Shown: positions 22,831 through 31,935 of the stretch, in pieces
Layout: every line of letters starts with the position of its first letter
How positions within the stretch are numbered: position 1 is the stretch's first letter
IMG/VR virus record: IMGVR_UViG_3300009960_000010
Location: 1-37,079 of that record
Reading direction: 5' to 3' (one strand)
DNA from: a virus
DNA: 37,079 bases
The notes under the pieces: model-generated
Database searches by the model: none
What the model was told of the DNA's origin: nothing
Seen by the model: only the letters and a program-made list of their open reading frames with translations
Made by a program: the position numbers and the translations under genes

Positions 22831-23813
22831 TGGCAGAGTTTATTGGTAGGCGAGTATCAGTCGGAGTAGGAACTGAAACCACCCGAGGCACAGCGGTAGC
22901 ACCGAGCTACTGGTTTAGGCATTTATCATTGAGCTTTGGACGTAAAACCACGGCTATTCAAAACGAAAGTGCGATGGGACGCGTCGAGAAGATTAACGAC
23001 TCAGCAATCGTGTCTCAGTGGGCAGAGGGGCAGTTGGAGGGCAAAGTAACGGACATAGGCGTCGGCTATCTGTTAGCTAACATCTTTGGCACAATAAGTT
23101 CAAAGAAGAAAGCGGACGACGCTACCGTGTACGAACACTCATTTACTGTCAATCAGCTACAAACGCCACCGACCATGACTATTGCGCGGAAAGACCCTAA
23201 CTCTGACCGTCGCCACGCTCTTGGTACTTTGAGCCAAATGGAACTGTCAGTGGAAGCTGGCGACTGGGTAAAAGTGAACTGCGACATCTTAGCAAAGATG
23301 GGTACAGACACTTCAAACACCGTAGCATTTATCGAGGAGAACGAGTTCACGAGCCGTAACTTATCAGTCAAGATGGCAAACGACGAGGCAGGATTAGCAA
23401 CCGCAGCCCCAGTGGCATGTAAGAGCTTCAAGATAACGCTGAACCGCAATGCAACCACATACTTGGCATGTAACGACTCTATCGACATCACAGACATTCA
23501 CACAGGTGCATATGAGCTTACAGGCGAAATGGTGCTGATTTACACCAACCAAGACTGGGAGAACAAGTACTACAACAACACCGCCCAAGCTATGGAAGTG
23601 AACATCGAGAACAAACAGGTGCAGATTGGCACGAAGTCTCACCCAGGTTTGAAGATTAAAGCGCCAAAGGTTCGTGTGAGTGAGTGGAGTACATCAAACG
23701 ACTTAGATGCAGTTATTGAACAGACGTTATCGTTCAGCATTGAACTAGACGCAACCAAGGGCAAAGCAATCGAGGCGGTTCTGACCAACACTAAAGCAGA
23801 CTACAACGCCTAA
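22830..23813 (+). CDS. Major tail protein
   Basis: 327 aa, immediately upstream of the G/GT chaperone pair and the tape measure gene. Confidence 0.75.
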   Translation: MAEFIGRRVSVGVGTETTRGTAVAPSYWFRHLSLSFGRKTTAIQNESAMGRVEKINDSAIVSQWAEGQLEGKVTDIGVGYLLANIFGTISSKKKADDATVYEHSFTVNQLQTPPTMTIARKDPNSDRRHALGTLSQMELSVEAGDWVKVNCDILAKMGTDTSNTVAFIEENEFTSRNLSVKMANDEAGLATAAPVACKSFKITLNRNATTYLACNDSIDITDIHTGAYELTGEMVLIYTNQDWENKYYNNTAQAMEVNIENKQVQIGTKSHPGLKIKAPKVRVSEWSTSNDLDAVIEQTLSFSIELDATKGKAIEAVLTNTKADYNA

Positions 23814-23835
23814 TAAGTAAGAATAAGGAGGGACT

Positions 23836-24231
23836 ATGGGACGTTTAGCACTTAATAAGAAAGTAGATATCAGCAAATTGATTGAAGGCTGGGACGGAGC
23901 TTACATCATCGTCTCACCAATGCTGACCAAAGACATGGCAGAGTTCGCCAACTCAAACCTTGACGAGGCAGACAAAGCTCAACTGTCCGCTCAAACGCTA
24001 GAGTGGGCAAAGAAGAAGTTCGTACGAGGGAAGGTCTATATCGAGACCGAAACCGGCAAGGAACTGGTAGACATGCAAGTGGAAGATATCGATGAGCTGC
24101 CATTCATAGTAGTTACCGAGATTTTCTCTGTTTTAGTAGGAAAAGACTTTGACCCAAAAGCTTCAGCGACGGCTCAGAACGGCGCACTAGAGCCAATGAG
24201 CGTCGCAGCTGGTACAGAAGCGCTATCCTAA
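23836..24231 (+). CDS. Tail assembly chaperone (gpG-like, zero-frame product)
   Basis: 131 aa, acidic, directly before the tape measure gene. GGAGGG RBS. Confidence 0.8.
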   Translation: MGRLALNKKVDISKLIEGWDGAYIIVSPMLTKDMAEFANSNLDEADKAQLSAQTLEWAKKKFVRGKVYIETETGKELVDMQVEDIDELPFIVVTEIFSVLVGKDFDPKASATAQNGALEPMSVAAGTEALS

Positions 24232-24422
24232 GAGGTGTTGAAATCCCCCCAGAGTTTGCTCAAGAAGTCCAGGGCGTAATCTATCGAGAACGCCTTGGAT
24301 TGTCATATCAGGAGTATTTACAAGAGCCGTACGAGGAAGTGGAGCGGGCTTTGTATATCTGGAAGCTGCAAGATGAGCGTGATAAACTAGAACAAAAGAG
24401 GGCTGAACAGAAACAGCGATAA
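23836..24422 (+). CDS. Tail assembly chaperone frameshift product (gpGT-like)
   Basis: The -1 frame after 24159 reads KSFSDGSERR...PEFAQEVQGVIYRERLGLSYQEYLQEPYEEVERALYIWKLQDERDKLEQKRAEQKQR* and ends 25 nt before the tape measure start. Confidence 0.7.
24153..24159 (+). other. -1 programmed frameshift slippery heptamer C_CCA_AAA
   Basis: XXXYYYZ heptamer in the correct phase of the G frame (codons GAC CCA AAA). The -1 frame has a TGA at 24150-24152 and is then open to TAA 24420-24422. Confidence 0.7.
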
Positions 24423-24446
24423 AAAGAGAACAAAAAGAGAACAAAC

Positions 24447-26963
24447 ATGGCAAGTAACAACAGCGTCAAAATCATCATCTCAGCACACGATAGTGCCTCA
24501 GAAGTCTTTGCCAGGTTGGCGGCTGCCTCTAAATCAGCCACTAACGAGGTGGAGGCGAGTTTTAAGCGTCAACAGACGGCAGCAGGGAACGCTCACAAGT
24601 CGTTTAGAGATTTTTTGACTAACACTCAGTCTGGGTTATCAAGAGTGTCTACTGGGCTGGACAACGCAGCCTCAAGAGTAGGCTCATTTTTGAAAGGTAT
24701 TGCAGGAGTGGCTATCACAGGCTCTGCTGGCTTTCTAGCAATGGGTAAAGCAGCCTTTGAGCAGGTGAGGAACGTAGAGAACGCTTCGTACGCTCTGAAA
24801 GCCTATGAGAAGGACGGAAACGCCGTCAATAAGGTCTTGCAGGGTTTGGTGAAGTACGCCCGTAGCGACACTGGTGTGCTTTTTAACCGCTCAGACTTAT
24901 TCGCCGCCGCTTCTACTCTTAAGATGTACGGTCAAGAGACGAATACATTGGTAGATAAAGTGAAAATCCTGTCCAAGGGCGTGTCTTTAGGAAAGACTTC
25001 ATTCCAAGAATTGTCATCAATCATTGGACGCGTCGCTGCGACTGGAAAACTGGACGCGGTAACCTTCGACATGCTTATTGAACGAGGTATCGGTCTTGAT
25101 AAGTCTCTTAGGGGTACGAAAATCACAAGTGAAGAGTTGTTCAAAGCCTTGGATAAAGCCTTGCCGGACAGCCTCTTGGAGGGACGTGCTAACACTATCG
25201 ACGGTGCTTTAATCCGTGTGCAGTCTGCTTTTCGTAATTTGGGTATGCAGATTTTGGGTGTGGACGCCGACACTAACAAGTTCATTGCTGGCGGGGCGGG
25301 CGACAGATTGATGAACTTAATCCGCGATTTGACCGCAGAAATGAACAAGCCCGAGATGAAACAGGCGATGAAAGACCTGGGCGACCAGTTGGCGAAACTA
25401 GCAGAGGAAGTCATACCTAAAATACTTGACGCTCTTAAATGGTTGAGCCATAACTTTGATAAGGTCGTGTTAGCTGCTAAAATCGCTGCTGGGGCGTTTG
25501 TAGCGTTAAAGGTGGCAGCGAAGAGCCTTAAGACGATAGAAGTCGTTATAGGCGTTGTGAAGGGCTTACACGGGGCATTCTTGAGTTGTAAGACAGCAGC
25601 CGAGGGCTTTAAGCTAGGCATGGAGGGAATTAAAGGTGCTTCTCAGGGGGTCGCCTCTGCTAAAATCGGTACTGCATTCGGTGTAATGGCTGGTGCGGTT
25701 AAAAATGCGACAATCCAGGTGGTGAGACTAGGAATTGCATTCGCTACTAACCCAATTGGACTTATTGTCATCGCCATTACAGCGTTAGTCGCTGCGTTTA
25801 TCTGGCTCTGGAATAACGTGGAGGGGTTCAGGAACTTCTTTATAGGCATTTGGGAGGGCATTAAGAATGGTGTAAACGGGTTCGTGAAGTGGTTTAAGGA
25901 TGCTTGGGACAATACCATCAATTTCTTTAAGAACTTGTGGAACGGTATCTCAAATTTCTTTAAGGGCATGTGGGACGGAGTAAAAGAGGTATTCAACGGT
26001 GTCGTCAACTGGCTCAAAGAGTGGGGACCTACAATATTAGCAGTGATGTTCTTGCCGTTCTCTCTTCTACTTGGCTTAATTATTCAGCACTGGGACGAAA
26101 TAAAGGCTTTTCTCACCACTGTAGCAACTGCGGTAGGCGAGTTCTTTGTCGGTCTCTGGAACAGCATCGTCGAAATATTCTCACCTGTCGTCCAGTGGTT
26201 TGGTGATAGATTCAGAGAAGCTTGGGAGGCAATAAAGATAATATGGAGCGCCCTCACAGAGTTCTTCCTAGGATTATGGAATGGTATTGTAGCAATCTTC
26301 ACAGTAGTTGGTACGTGGTTCGGAGACAGATTTAGAGAGGCTTGGGCTGCGATATGTGGCGTCTGGAACGCAGCCGTAGGGTTCTTTGGTGGTATTTGGG
26401 CAGGTATCGCTGGTATATTCTCGGCAGTCGTTGGCTACTTCTCTAGAGTGTTCTCCACAGCATGGGCAATAATTAGAAATATCTTCGCACCGGTAGCCTC
26501 ATTCTTTCGTGGTATTTGGCATAGCATAGTCAACACGTTCACTGGGGTCGGTATCGCAGTCGGTAACGCTATCTCTGGTGCGGTGAGAGGGGCTGTTAAT
26601 GCAGTACTTCAGACAGCAGAGAGCGCTATTAACGGTTTTATCAATATGATTAACGGTGCAATTAGTGTTATCAATAATGTTCCTGGCGTCAGAATTCATC
26701 ACATCGGCAACGTCCATTTCGGTAGGCTAGCAAAGGGTACGGAACACGCGGAAGGCGGTCGATACTTAGTCGGTGAGAACGGACCTGAGATGGTTACTCT
26801 TCCGAGAGGCTCAAAGGTTATGCCAGCCGAGAGAACCGCTCAATATCTGGAGAATAATCAAAAGAGAGGCGACATTAATATCAACATAGACGCAAAGATT
26901 TACAAAGACACCGACGTGTATCAACTGGCGTCGAGAATTGGATACTTAGTGAGCCAAGCATAG
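24447..26963 (+). CDS. Tape measure protein
   Basis: 838 aa, the largest gene. Has hydrophobic helices, W/F-periodic repeats, and the C-terminal LVGENGPEMVTLPRGSKVMP motif common in TMPs. Confidence 0.92.
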   Translation: MASNNSVKIIISAHDSASEVFARLAAASKSATNEVEASFKRQQTAAGNAHKSFRDFLTNTQSGLSRVSTGLDNAASRVGSFLKGIAGVAITGSAGFLAMGKAAFEQVRNVENASYALKAYEKDGNAVNKVLQGLVKYARSDTGVLFNRSDLFAAASTLKMYGQETNTLVDKVKILSKGVSLGKTSFQELSSIIGRVAATGKLDAVTFDMLIERGIGLDKSLRGTKITSEELFKALDKALPDSLLEGRANTIDGALIRVQSAFRNLGMQILGVDADTNKFIAGGAGDRLMNLIRDLTAEMNKPEMKQAMKDLGDQLAKLAEEVIPKILDALKWLSHNFDKVVLAAKIAAGAFVALKVAAKSLKTIEVVIGVVKGLHGAFLSCKTAAEGFKLGMEGIKGASQGVASAKIGTAFGVMAGAVKNATIQVVRLGIAFATNPIGLIVIAITALVAAFIWLWNNVEGFRNFFIGIWEGIKNGVNGFVKWFKDAWDNTINFFKNLWNGISNFFKGMWDGVKEVFNGVVNWLKEWGPTILAVMFLPFSLLLGLIIQHWDEIKAFLTTVATAVGEFFVGLWNSIVEIFSPVVQWFGDRFREAWEAIKIIWSALTEFFLGLWNGIVAIFTVVGTWFGDRFREAWAAICGVWNAAVGFFGGIWAGIAGIFSAVVGYFSRVFSTAWAIIRNIFAPVASFFRGIWHSIVNTFTGVGIAVGNAISGAVRGAVNAVLQTAESAINGFINMINGAISVINNVPGVRIHHIGNVHFGRLAKGTEHAEGGRYLVGENGPEMVTLPRGSKVMPAERTAQYLENNQKRGDININIDAKIYKDTDVYQLASRIGYLVSQA
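26139..26378 (+). repeat. Tandem 120-nt (40-aa) repeat inside the tape measure gene
   Basis: EFFVGLWNSIVEIFSPVVQWFGDRFREAWEAIKIIWSALT (26139-26258) and EFFLGLWNGIVAIFTVVGTWFGDRFREAWAAICGVWNAAV (26259-26378). A degenerate third and a partial fourth copy follow. Confidence 0.85.
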
Positions 26964-26982
26964 GACGGAAAAGGAGGGAAAG

Positions 26983-27810
26983 ATGAGAGTATACCTAGAC
27001 GATTTTGAACTAAACAGTGCAGAGAACCTTATGTACTTAGACGAGCCGATTGAGGGCGTATCAGGACTGCCAAACATTCGCTCAGCCACTGGTGTAAATC
27101 AGGGTAGAGACGGTTCGTGGGTGTCCCGACAGCTGTATGAGGGGCGTTATATCAGCTTCCAGGGTCGTATCTTTGGTGGAGAGCCGATTGACGTGGAAAA
27201 CAAGCGTAGAGAGCTTGTGAGCGTGTTACAGAGGAAAAGACTGAAGCTTCGTATCATCACATACGCTGGCATGGAGTTCGCCACTGAAGTATTCGTCATG
27301 GCTAACCAAATGCCTATCAACCGCGAATTGAACATAGCCAAGTGGAAGATTGATTTACTATCCGAAGACCCGCTGTTCTATGACAACTCATCTGGAGAAT
27401 TACTGGCCATCATCAGCAAGACGATAGACGGAGGCTTCGATATTCCATTTGATATTCCTTTTGATATCTCAGCGGGAAGCGAGCCGTCTGTCGTAACCAA
27501 CTCGGGAAACGAAACGGTTTATCCGATTATCACTATCACTACTCCAGCGACTAACCCCAAGATAATCAACCGCACTACGAACAAGTTTATGCAGGTGATG
27601 GTTACCGTGTTAAAGGGCGACAAGCTGATAATCGACATGCGAAATAAGACTATCACCCACAACGGATTGAACATCTATGCATTGCAGTATGAGGGTTCGA
27701 CGTTCTTCGGACTTATCCCAGGAATGAACGTGATGGAAGTGCAGACTGACATAGGGTCTGAGAATACAAAAGCTGAGGTTCGATACCAGTCAGGGTTCTT
27801 AGGTATTTAG
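26983..27810 (+). CDS. Distal tail protein (Dit)
   Basis: 275 aa, first gene after the TMP, GGAGGG RBS. Call rests on the canonical siphovirus position. Confidence 0.7.
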   Translation: MRVYLDDFELNSAENLMYLDEPIEGVSGLPNIRSATGVNQGRDGSWVSRQLYEGRYISFQGRIFGGEPIDVENKRRELVSVLQRKRLKLRIITYAGMEFATEVFVMANQMPINRELNIAKWKIDLLSEDPLFYDNSSGELLAIISKTIDGGFDIPFDIPFDISAGSEPSVVTNSGNETVYPIITITTPATNPKIINRTTNKFMQVMVTVLKGDKLIIDMRNKTITHNGLNIYALQYEGSTFFGLIPGMNVMEVQTDIGSENTKAEVRYQSGFLGI

Positions 27811-28893
27811 ATGAGCAGGTATGAAATCGAGGTATGGAGCAAGAACGGTATCTTATTGGGAGATATCCGCCATCTTTGCTCTAACTTAAAGTGGACTATG
27901 CAGAGAAACGCCCATGAAGTGTTAGAGTTTGATATGGACTTAGCTGAATATGAAGAATACATAGAGAAGATTGGAGTGATAGACAATCCCTTTTCATTCA
28001 TGGATATTCTGTCCACAGACATCAGGGTAAAGAGAGAGGGGAAATATCTATTCGGAGCTAACATCATCAAGTTTGGTTACTCACCAAACGGAGCTTCCGT
28101 CAAATTGACAGTCTCTTGTACAGGATACTTGAACTATCTGAAAGACCAGTATTTAACGATTGACTACGACAATACTTGGCAAGGCGAGATACTTTGGGGA
28201 GTGATTGAGCAAGTCCAGGCAAAGACTGGGAGTAATTTTGGGATTAAAAAAGGACACGTAACTCAGGGAATGAAGCGCGACCGACATTTTACGAAGAAGA
28301 ACGTCAAGGATTTTATCCAGCAAATGACCAACGTGATTAAAGGACCTGATATTAAGTTCGACGCGGACAAGACGTTCCACTCATACGAGGCTTTGGGAAA
28401 CTATCGCCCTGATATTCGTTTGGTGTATCCAGAGAATGTAGACTCATTTGCCTTTGAGAGGCGCGGAGACACGCTTTTCAACTTTATACAAGGATATGGG
28501 TCAGGGAACGGAGACGACGCTATACAGGCGTTCTCACGCGATTACAGCTCTATGCAAGAGTTCTACCGTCGAGAGAAAGTTGTTACGTACAATTCAGTGG
28601 AGCGACTGTCCACTCTACAAGAACACGTGAACGGCGTGCTTGAAGCCGTGAAAGACCCGCGAGAGCTTCCATCGTTTACAGTTCATGACGGGATATTAGA
28701 CCTCAACGACGTAGGGATAGGCGACACTATTTACGCAGAACTTGGCGGGTTCAAGTCGTTATCTCACATTAAAGGCTATTACAGGATTGAAAAAATCGAG
28801 TGTTCGGTTAACGATAACGACGCAGAGACAGTTAATATTATCTTTGACGATATCAACATCGACGACATCATAGCTCAACAAGAGGAGGGGTAG
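27811..28893 (+). CDS. Tail-associated/baseplate hub protein (Tal-like, short form)
   Basis: 360 aa, follows Dit with no gap. Call is by position only. Confidence 0.6.
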   Translation: MSRYEIEVWSKNGILLGDIRHLCSNLKWTMQRNAHEVLEFDMDLAEYEEYIEKIGVIDNPFSFMDILSTDIRVKREGKYLFGANIIKFGYSPNGASVKLTVSCTGYLNYLKDQYLTIDYDNTWQGEILWGVIEQVQAKTGSNFGIKKGHVTQGMKRDRHFTKKNVKDFIQQMTNVIKGPDIKFDADKTFHSYEALGNYRPDIRLVYPENVDSFAFERRGDTLFNFIQGYGSGNGDDAIQAFSRDYSSMQEFYRREKVVTYNSVERLSTLQEHVNGVLEAVKDPRELPSFTVHDGILDLNDVGIGDTIYAELGGFKSLSHIKGYYRIEKIECSVNDNDAETVNIIFDDINIDDIIAQQEEG

Positions 28894-29483
28894 TGAACAG
28901 ACTAAACGAGATGGAGGAGATGCACCTACAGAGGCGGATTGCTGCTCTGGAGGCTAAATTGATAGACCTCAAGGTAACTCCTCAGCCGACCTCTAATAAA
29001 TCAGGAGTAAAAACGTATCTGAACCCAAAGGATACAGATTGGCAATTCTTCGAGTATACAGATTTTAACGAAGTGGTGACCACTACTGACACTGTCAATC
29101 TGCCAGCTACACCTGCTGGCTTCCTCAACACTATAGAAGTTACTTGTGAGTTCCGCCCGCTCAATCAGGATAATCCTGTCGTAATACCATATTTGGACGC
29201 CCTGCTGAACAATTCTGTGAGGTTACAGCCATCTTACAATCCGAACTTTGGTATCTGTATGGCTGCGGTTGTCGGAAGGGCTTCAATAATAGCCAACAGC
29301 AAGTTAAACTACCAAAACGATTTGACCAACTATTCTTTGCAGAAGCCAGTGTACAGGTGGAAGTCGTCATTTTACTGGGGGACACCGCAGGGGCAAGGTA
29401 TAAGTCTGAAGTTTCGGTTTTTTGTGAGGAGTACAGATAAAGGGCAGTTAAGGATGATGGTAAAAAGCTACCGTAATCTCTAG
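28893..29483 (+). CDS. Baseplate-region structural protein, paralog 1
   Basis: GTG start after GAGGAGGGG. N-terminal coiled segment MNRLNEMEE..LEAKLIDLK. The C-terminus FRFFVRSTDKGQLRMMV resembles IKFYALSTGKGSLTLI of paralog 3. Confidence 0.7.
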   Translation: MNRLNEMEEMHLQRRIAALEAKLIDLKVTPQPTSNKSGVKTYLNPKDTDWQFFEYTDFNEVVTTTDTVNLPATPAGFLNTIEVTCEFRPLNQDNPVVIPYLDALLNNSVRLQPSYNPNFGICMAAVVGRASIIANSKLNYQNDLTNYSLQKPVYRWKSSFYWGTPQGQGISLKFRFFVRSTDKGQLRMMVKSYRNL

Positions 29484-29492
29484 GAGGGGAAG

Positions 29493-29927
29493 ATGATTTA
29501 CAGAAACGACAATAGTTTGATAGAGCGTCTACGCATTTTACTAAGAGAAAGAGACGAGCTGAAGAGCCGCCAGTTCATAGGCTCAAACCAGATTATGACG
29601 TATCCTCAGATGTCGGGTAATCCTTGGGACATCTCTATCACGTGCGATAAGAGCGGACAAACCCCTGGCAGTAAATGGGGAGCTGCCATATTTTACGTGC
29701 AGTCTGAGGGGATAGACTTAGTGGCAGACATAGCGATTGAAGTTGACCGAGCTACAGAAGATATATATCCGTTTTCGTTCCCGCTAGACCCGACTAGGTA
29801 CGGCGCGGACTTTATGGCTTGGTTCGTGCCTGTTTTCGGTAACCCAGCCACTGGCTATACGTTTAACATCAGAGCTACGGTAACGGCTAACGCTCCTGTT
29901 ACAATCTGGGCAGAGAGGTATTCATAA
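29493..29927 (+). CDS. Baseplate-region structural protein, paralog 2
   Basis: ELKSRQFIGSNQIMTY..NPWDISIT parallels ELKGNQIVGSDAVRTF..NIWDVEIT of paralog 3. GGAGGGG RBS. Confidence 0.7.
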   Translation: MIYRNDNSLIERLRILLRERDELKSRQFIGSNQIMTYPQMSGNPWDISITCDKSGQTPGSKWGAAIFYVQSEGIDLVADIAIEVDRATEDIYPFSFPLDPTRYGADFMAWFVPVFGNPATGYTFNIRATVTANAPVTIWAERYS

Positions 29928-29928
29928 A

Positions 29929-30378
29929 ATGAGCAGATTAAACGAAGACAATGACCTAATGTCTATAGTCAAAGAGCTTGAGACGGACTTTAATGAATTA
30001 AAGGGTAATCAAATTGTAGGCTCTGACGCGGTGCGGACGTTCAAGTCGCAAACAGTAAACATATGGGACGTAGAAATCACCTTACCACCGGGCGCGTTTA
30101 GACAAGAGTATAACTACACTGCTAGGTTCACACCGCAGAACACGCGAGGCAGAAAGCAACCGGCTTGTTTCAAAATCGCTGAAAATCACGAGGTCAAGAC
30201 CTCATCGCAGTACCCGCCAGTGCCAGACATTCTTATACTTAGAAAGCCGTCAACCTCAGAGCAAGACTATCAAGACTTTGCTGTGAAACTTACATTGTCA
30301 TCAGGAGATAAGCAGACGACGCACAGAATAAAGTTTTATGCGTTATCTACTGGAAAGGGCAGCTTGACGCTGATATGA
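29929..30378 (+). CDS. Baseplate-region structural protein, paralog 3
   Basis: MSRLNEDND... resembles the N-terminus of paralog 1. Also shares motifs with paralog 2. Confidence 0.7.
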   Translation: MSRLNEDNDLMSIVKELETDFNELKGNQIVGSDAVRTFKSQTVNIWDVEITLPPGAFRQEYNYTARFTPQNTRGRKQPACFKIAENHEVKTSSQYPPVPDILILRKPSTSEQDYQDFAVKLTLSSGDKQTTHRIKFYALSTGKGSLTLI

Positions 30379-30403
30379 TAGAGAAAAGAAAAGGAGAACA
30401 AAA

Positions 30404-31294
30404 ATGACACGAAAAGTATTCAATATGAACGGGGGTAGGCACTCACAAGCCGCTCTCTCAGCCTTCATAAACGCTCTGTACGGCACTTCAGTGGCAAATG
30501 GACTAAATGTTACAGCCCCTGATGGAACGGGTCTTAAAGTGATTGTAAAACCTGGCACAGGCAATATCGACACTGGGCTTGGCTACGGACACATGGTTCA
30601 GGCAGACGCAGATGAAACTATAACTTTGGCGGCAGCATCGCCGTCTTTATCACGAAACTCATTGATTGTAGGTTATATAGATAAAGCGGTCGCACCGACG
30701 ACTACAGTTGTGGACAACATCAACGGCATTTTCAAGATTAAAGAGATTGCTGGAACGCCAGCGGCTTCACCGCAAGACCCACCAGCTTCAGTCATTCAGT
30801 CTGGAGTGGGTGCGACTAACCCGTACATAATCTTGGGTCGAGTTCGTGTCGGTGCTAACTCTACATCACTTGCCCAGTCAATGATTATAGACATGAGAAA
30901 GCTAGTAGGACTTCCTTTTAGCGGGAATTATATAGCAGACGCCTCGATAGTTGGCAGCAAACTTGCTCGAGAAACCGTAAAGGCTGACAATATAGATTTT
31001 ACAACAATGCAGTTTGGCTCTTTAGTCCAAGTCGAGAATAAAGGCGTAACGCTTCCAAGAAATGTAGATACTGTTGTTTTGACATACCCCCTTGATAAGA
31101 GAGCTATGGCAATGATTTCTGCTAGCGACGCAACCAATAAAATTAATGTTTTAGTAAACGGCGCGATTGTCGGCTATATCTCTGGCTCTGGAACTGTAAC
31201 AATTCCGATAAATAAAGGTAGTGTTGTATCAATTCAAAACACAGTTGCTTCGTCGATATCTTTATGGCTAAGGTCGTCATATATTACAATGTGA
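30404..31294 (+). CDS. Putative receptor-binding / tail fibre protein
   Basis: 296 aa, the last structural gene before lysis. No catalytic motif seen. Function assigned by position. Confidence 0.5.
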   Translation: MTRKVFNMNGGRHSQAALSAFINALYGTSVANGLNVTAPDGTGLKVIVKPGTGNIDTGLGYGHMVQADADETITLAAASPSLSRNSLIVGYIDKAVAPTTTVVDNINGIFKIKEIAGTPAASPQDPPASVIQSGVGATNPYIILGRVRVGANSTSLAQSMIIDMRKLVGLPFSGNYIADASIVGSKLARETVKADNIDFTTMQFGSLVQVENKGVTLPRNVDTVVLTYPLDKRAMAMISASDATNKINVLVNGAIVGYISGSGTVTIPINKGSVVSIQNTVASSISLWLRSSYITM

Positions 31295-31326
31295 ACTAAA
31301 AATAAAAACAGAAAAGAAAGAGGAAT

Positions 31327-31665
31327 ATGGCAAAACAGACAAATTCAGAGCTGCTTCATGAAATTGACAAGAAAGTAGCAGTGCTTTCGGAAGGGCTTTC
31401 AAGCTTAGCTCAGAGAATGACGAAACTTGAGAAAGCAATCGCAGAAATGCAGATGGTAACACCTCAGTCTTTACAAGCTTATGTGGAACTACATGCCAAA
31501 GAACATGAGTTTCTAAATAGTAAAATAAACGACCACGAGGACAGGTTAGACACTATCGAGGGGACAGAAAAGAGGATTTACAAAAATGTTACCGCGGTGG
31601 TAATAATTGGCTTGGTAATGATGGTGCTGTCAAGCTATGGACTTGATAAGTTTTTTAGACCATAA
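31327..31665 (+). CDS. XhlA-like lysis-associated membrane protein (coiled coil + C-terminal TM)
   Basis: 112 aa. N-terminal coiled region and a single C-terminal TM (VTAVVIIGLVMMVLSSYGL). Lies immediately upstream of the holin. Confidence 0.55.
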   Translation: MAKQTNSELLHEIDKKVAVLSEGLSSLAQRMTKLEKAIAEMQMVTPQSLQAYVELHAKEHEFLNSKINDHEDRLDTIEGTEKRIYKNVTAVVIIGLVMMVLSSYGLDKFFRP

Positions 31666-31693
31666 TAGAAATAAAAAGAAAAGGAGAACAAAA

Positions 31694-31933
31694 ATGGAAT
31701 TAGAAAAAAAGACAACTCGTAAACTGTCAATCGCGGTAGGATTATTGGCGTTCGGCGCGTTCATCATCCAGGGTCTTGGTGATATCTGGGGCTTCCAGGC
31801 AATCGCAAAACAATTGACAGCGACAGCTTTGTTGGTAGCTGGTGGCGTGAATGTCTACTTCTTAGGTGTTACCAACCAAAAGAACAACCAAGACAAGAAG
31901 CAAGCAAAAGAAACTGACAAGACGGAGGCTTAA
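31694..31933 (+). CDS. Holin (two TM segments, charged C-terminus)
   Basis: Track ORF 31637..31933 trimmed to ATG 31694 after AAGGAG. LSIAVGLLAFGAFIIQGL and ATALLVAGGVNVYFLGV are hydrophobic. C-terminal tail is K/D/E-rich. Confidence 0.7.
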   Translation: MELEKKTTRKLSIAVGLLAFGAFIIQGLGDIWGFQAIAKQLTATALLVAGGVNVYFLGVTNQKNNQDKKQAKETDKTEA

Positions 31934-31935
31934 TT

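Noticed and set aside
24932-25621. 229-aa minus-strand ORF inside the tape measure gene
   Set aside because: It lies entirely antisense to a gene with unmistakable TMP features. It has no RBS and a low-complexity S/A/L-rich translation typical of a shadow ORF.
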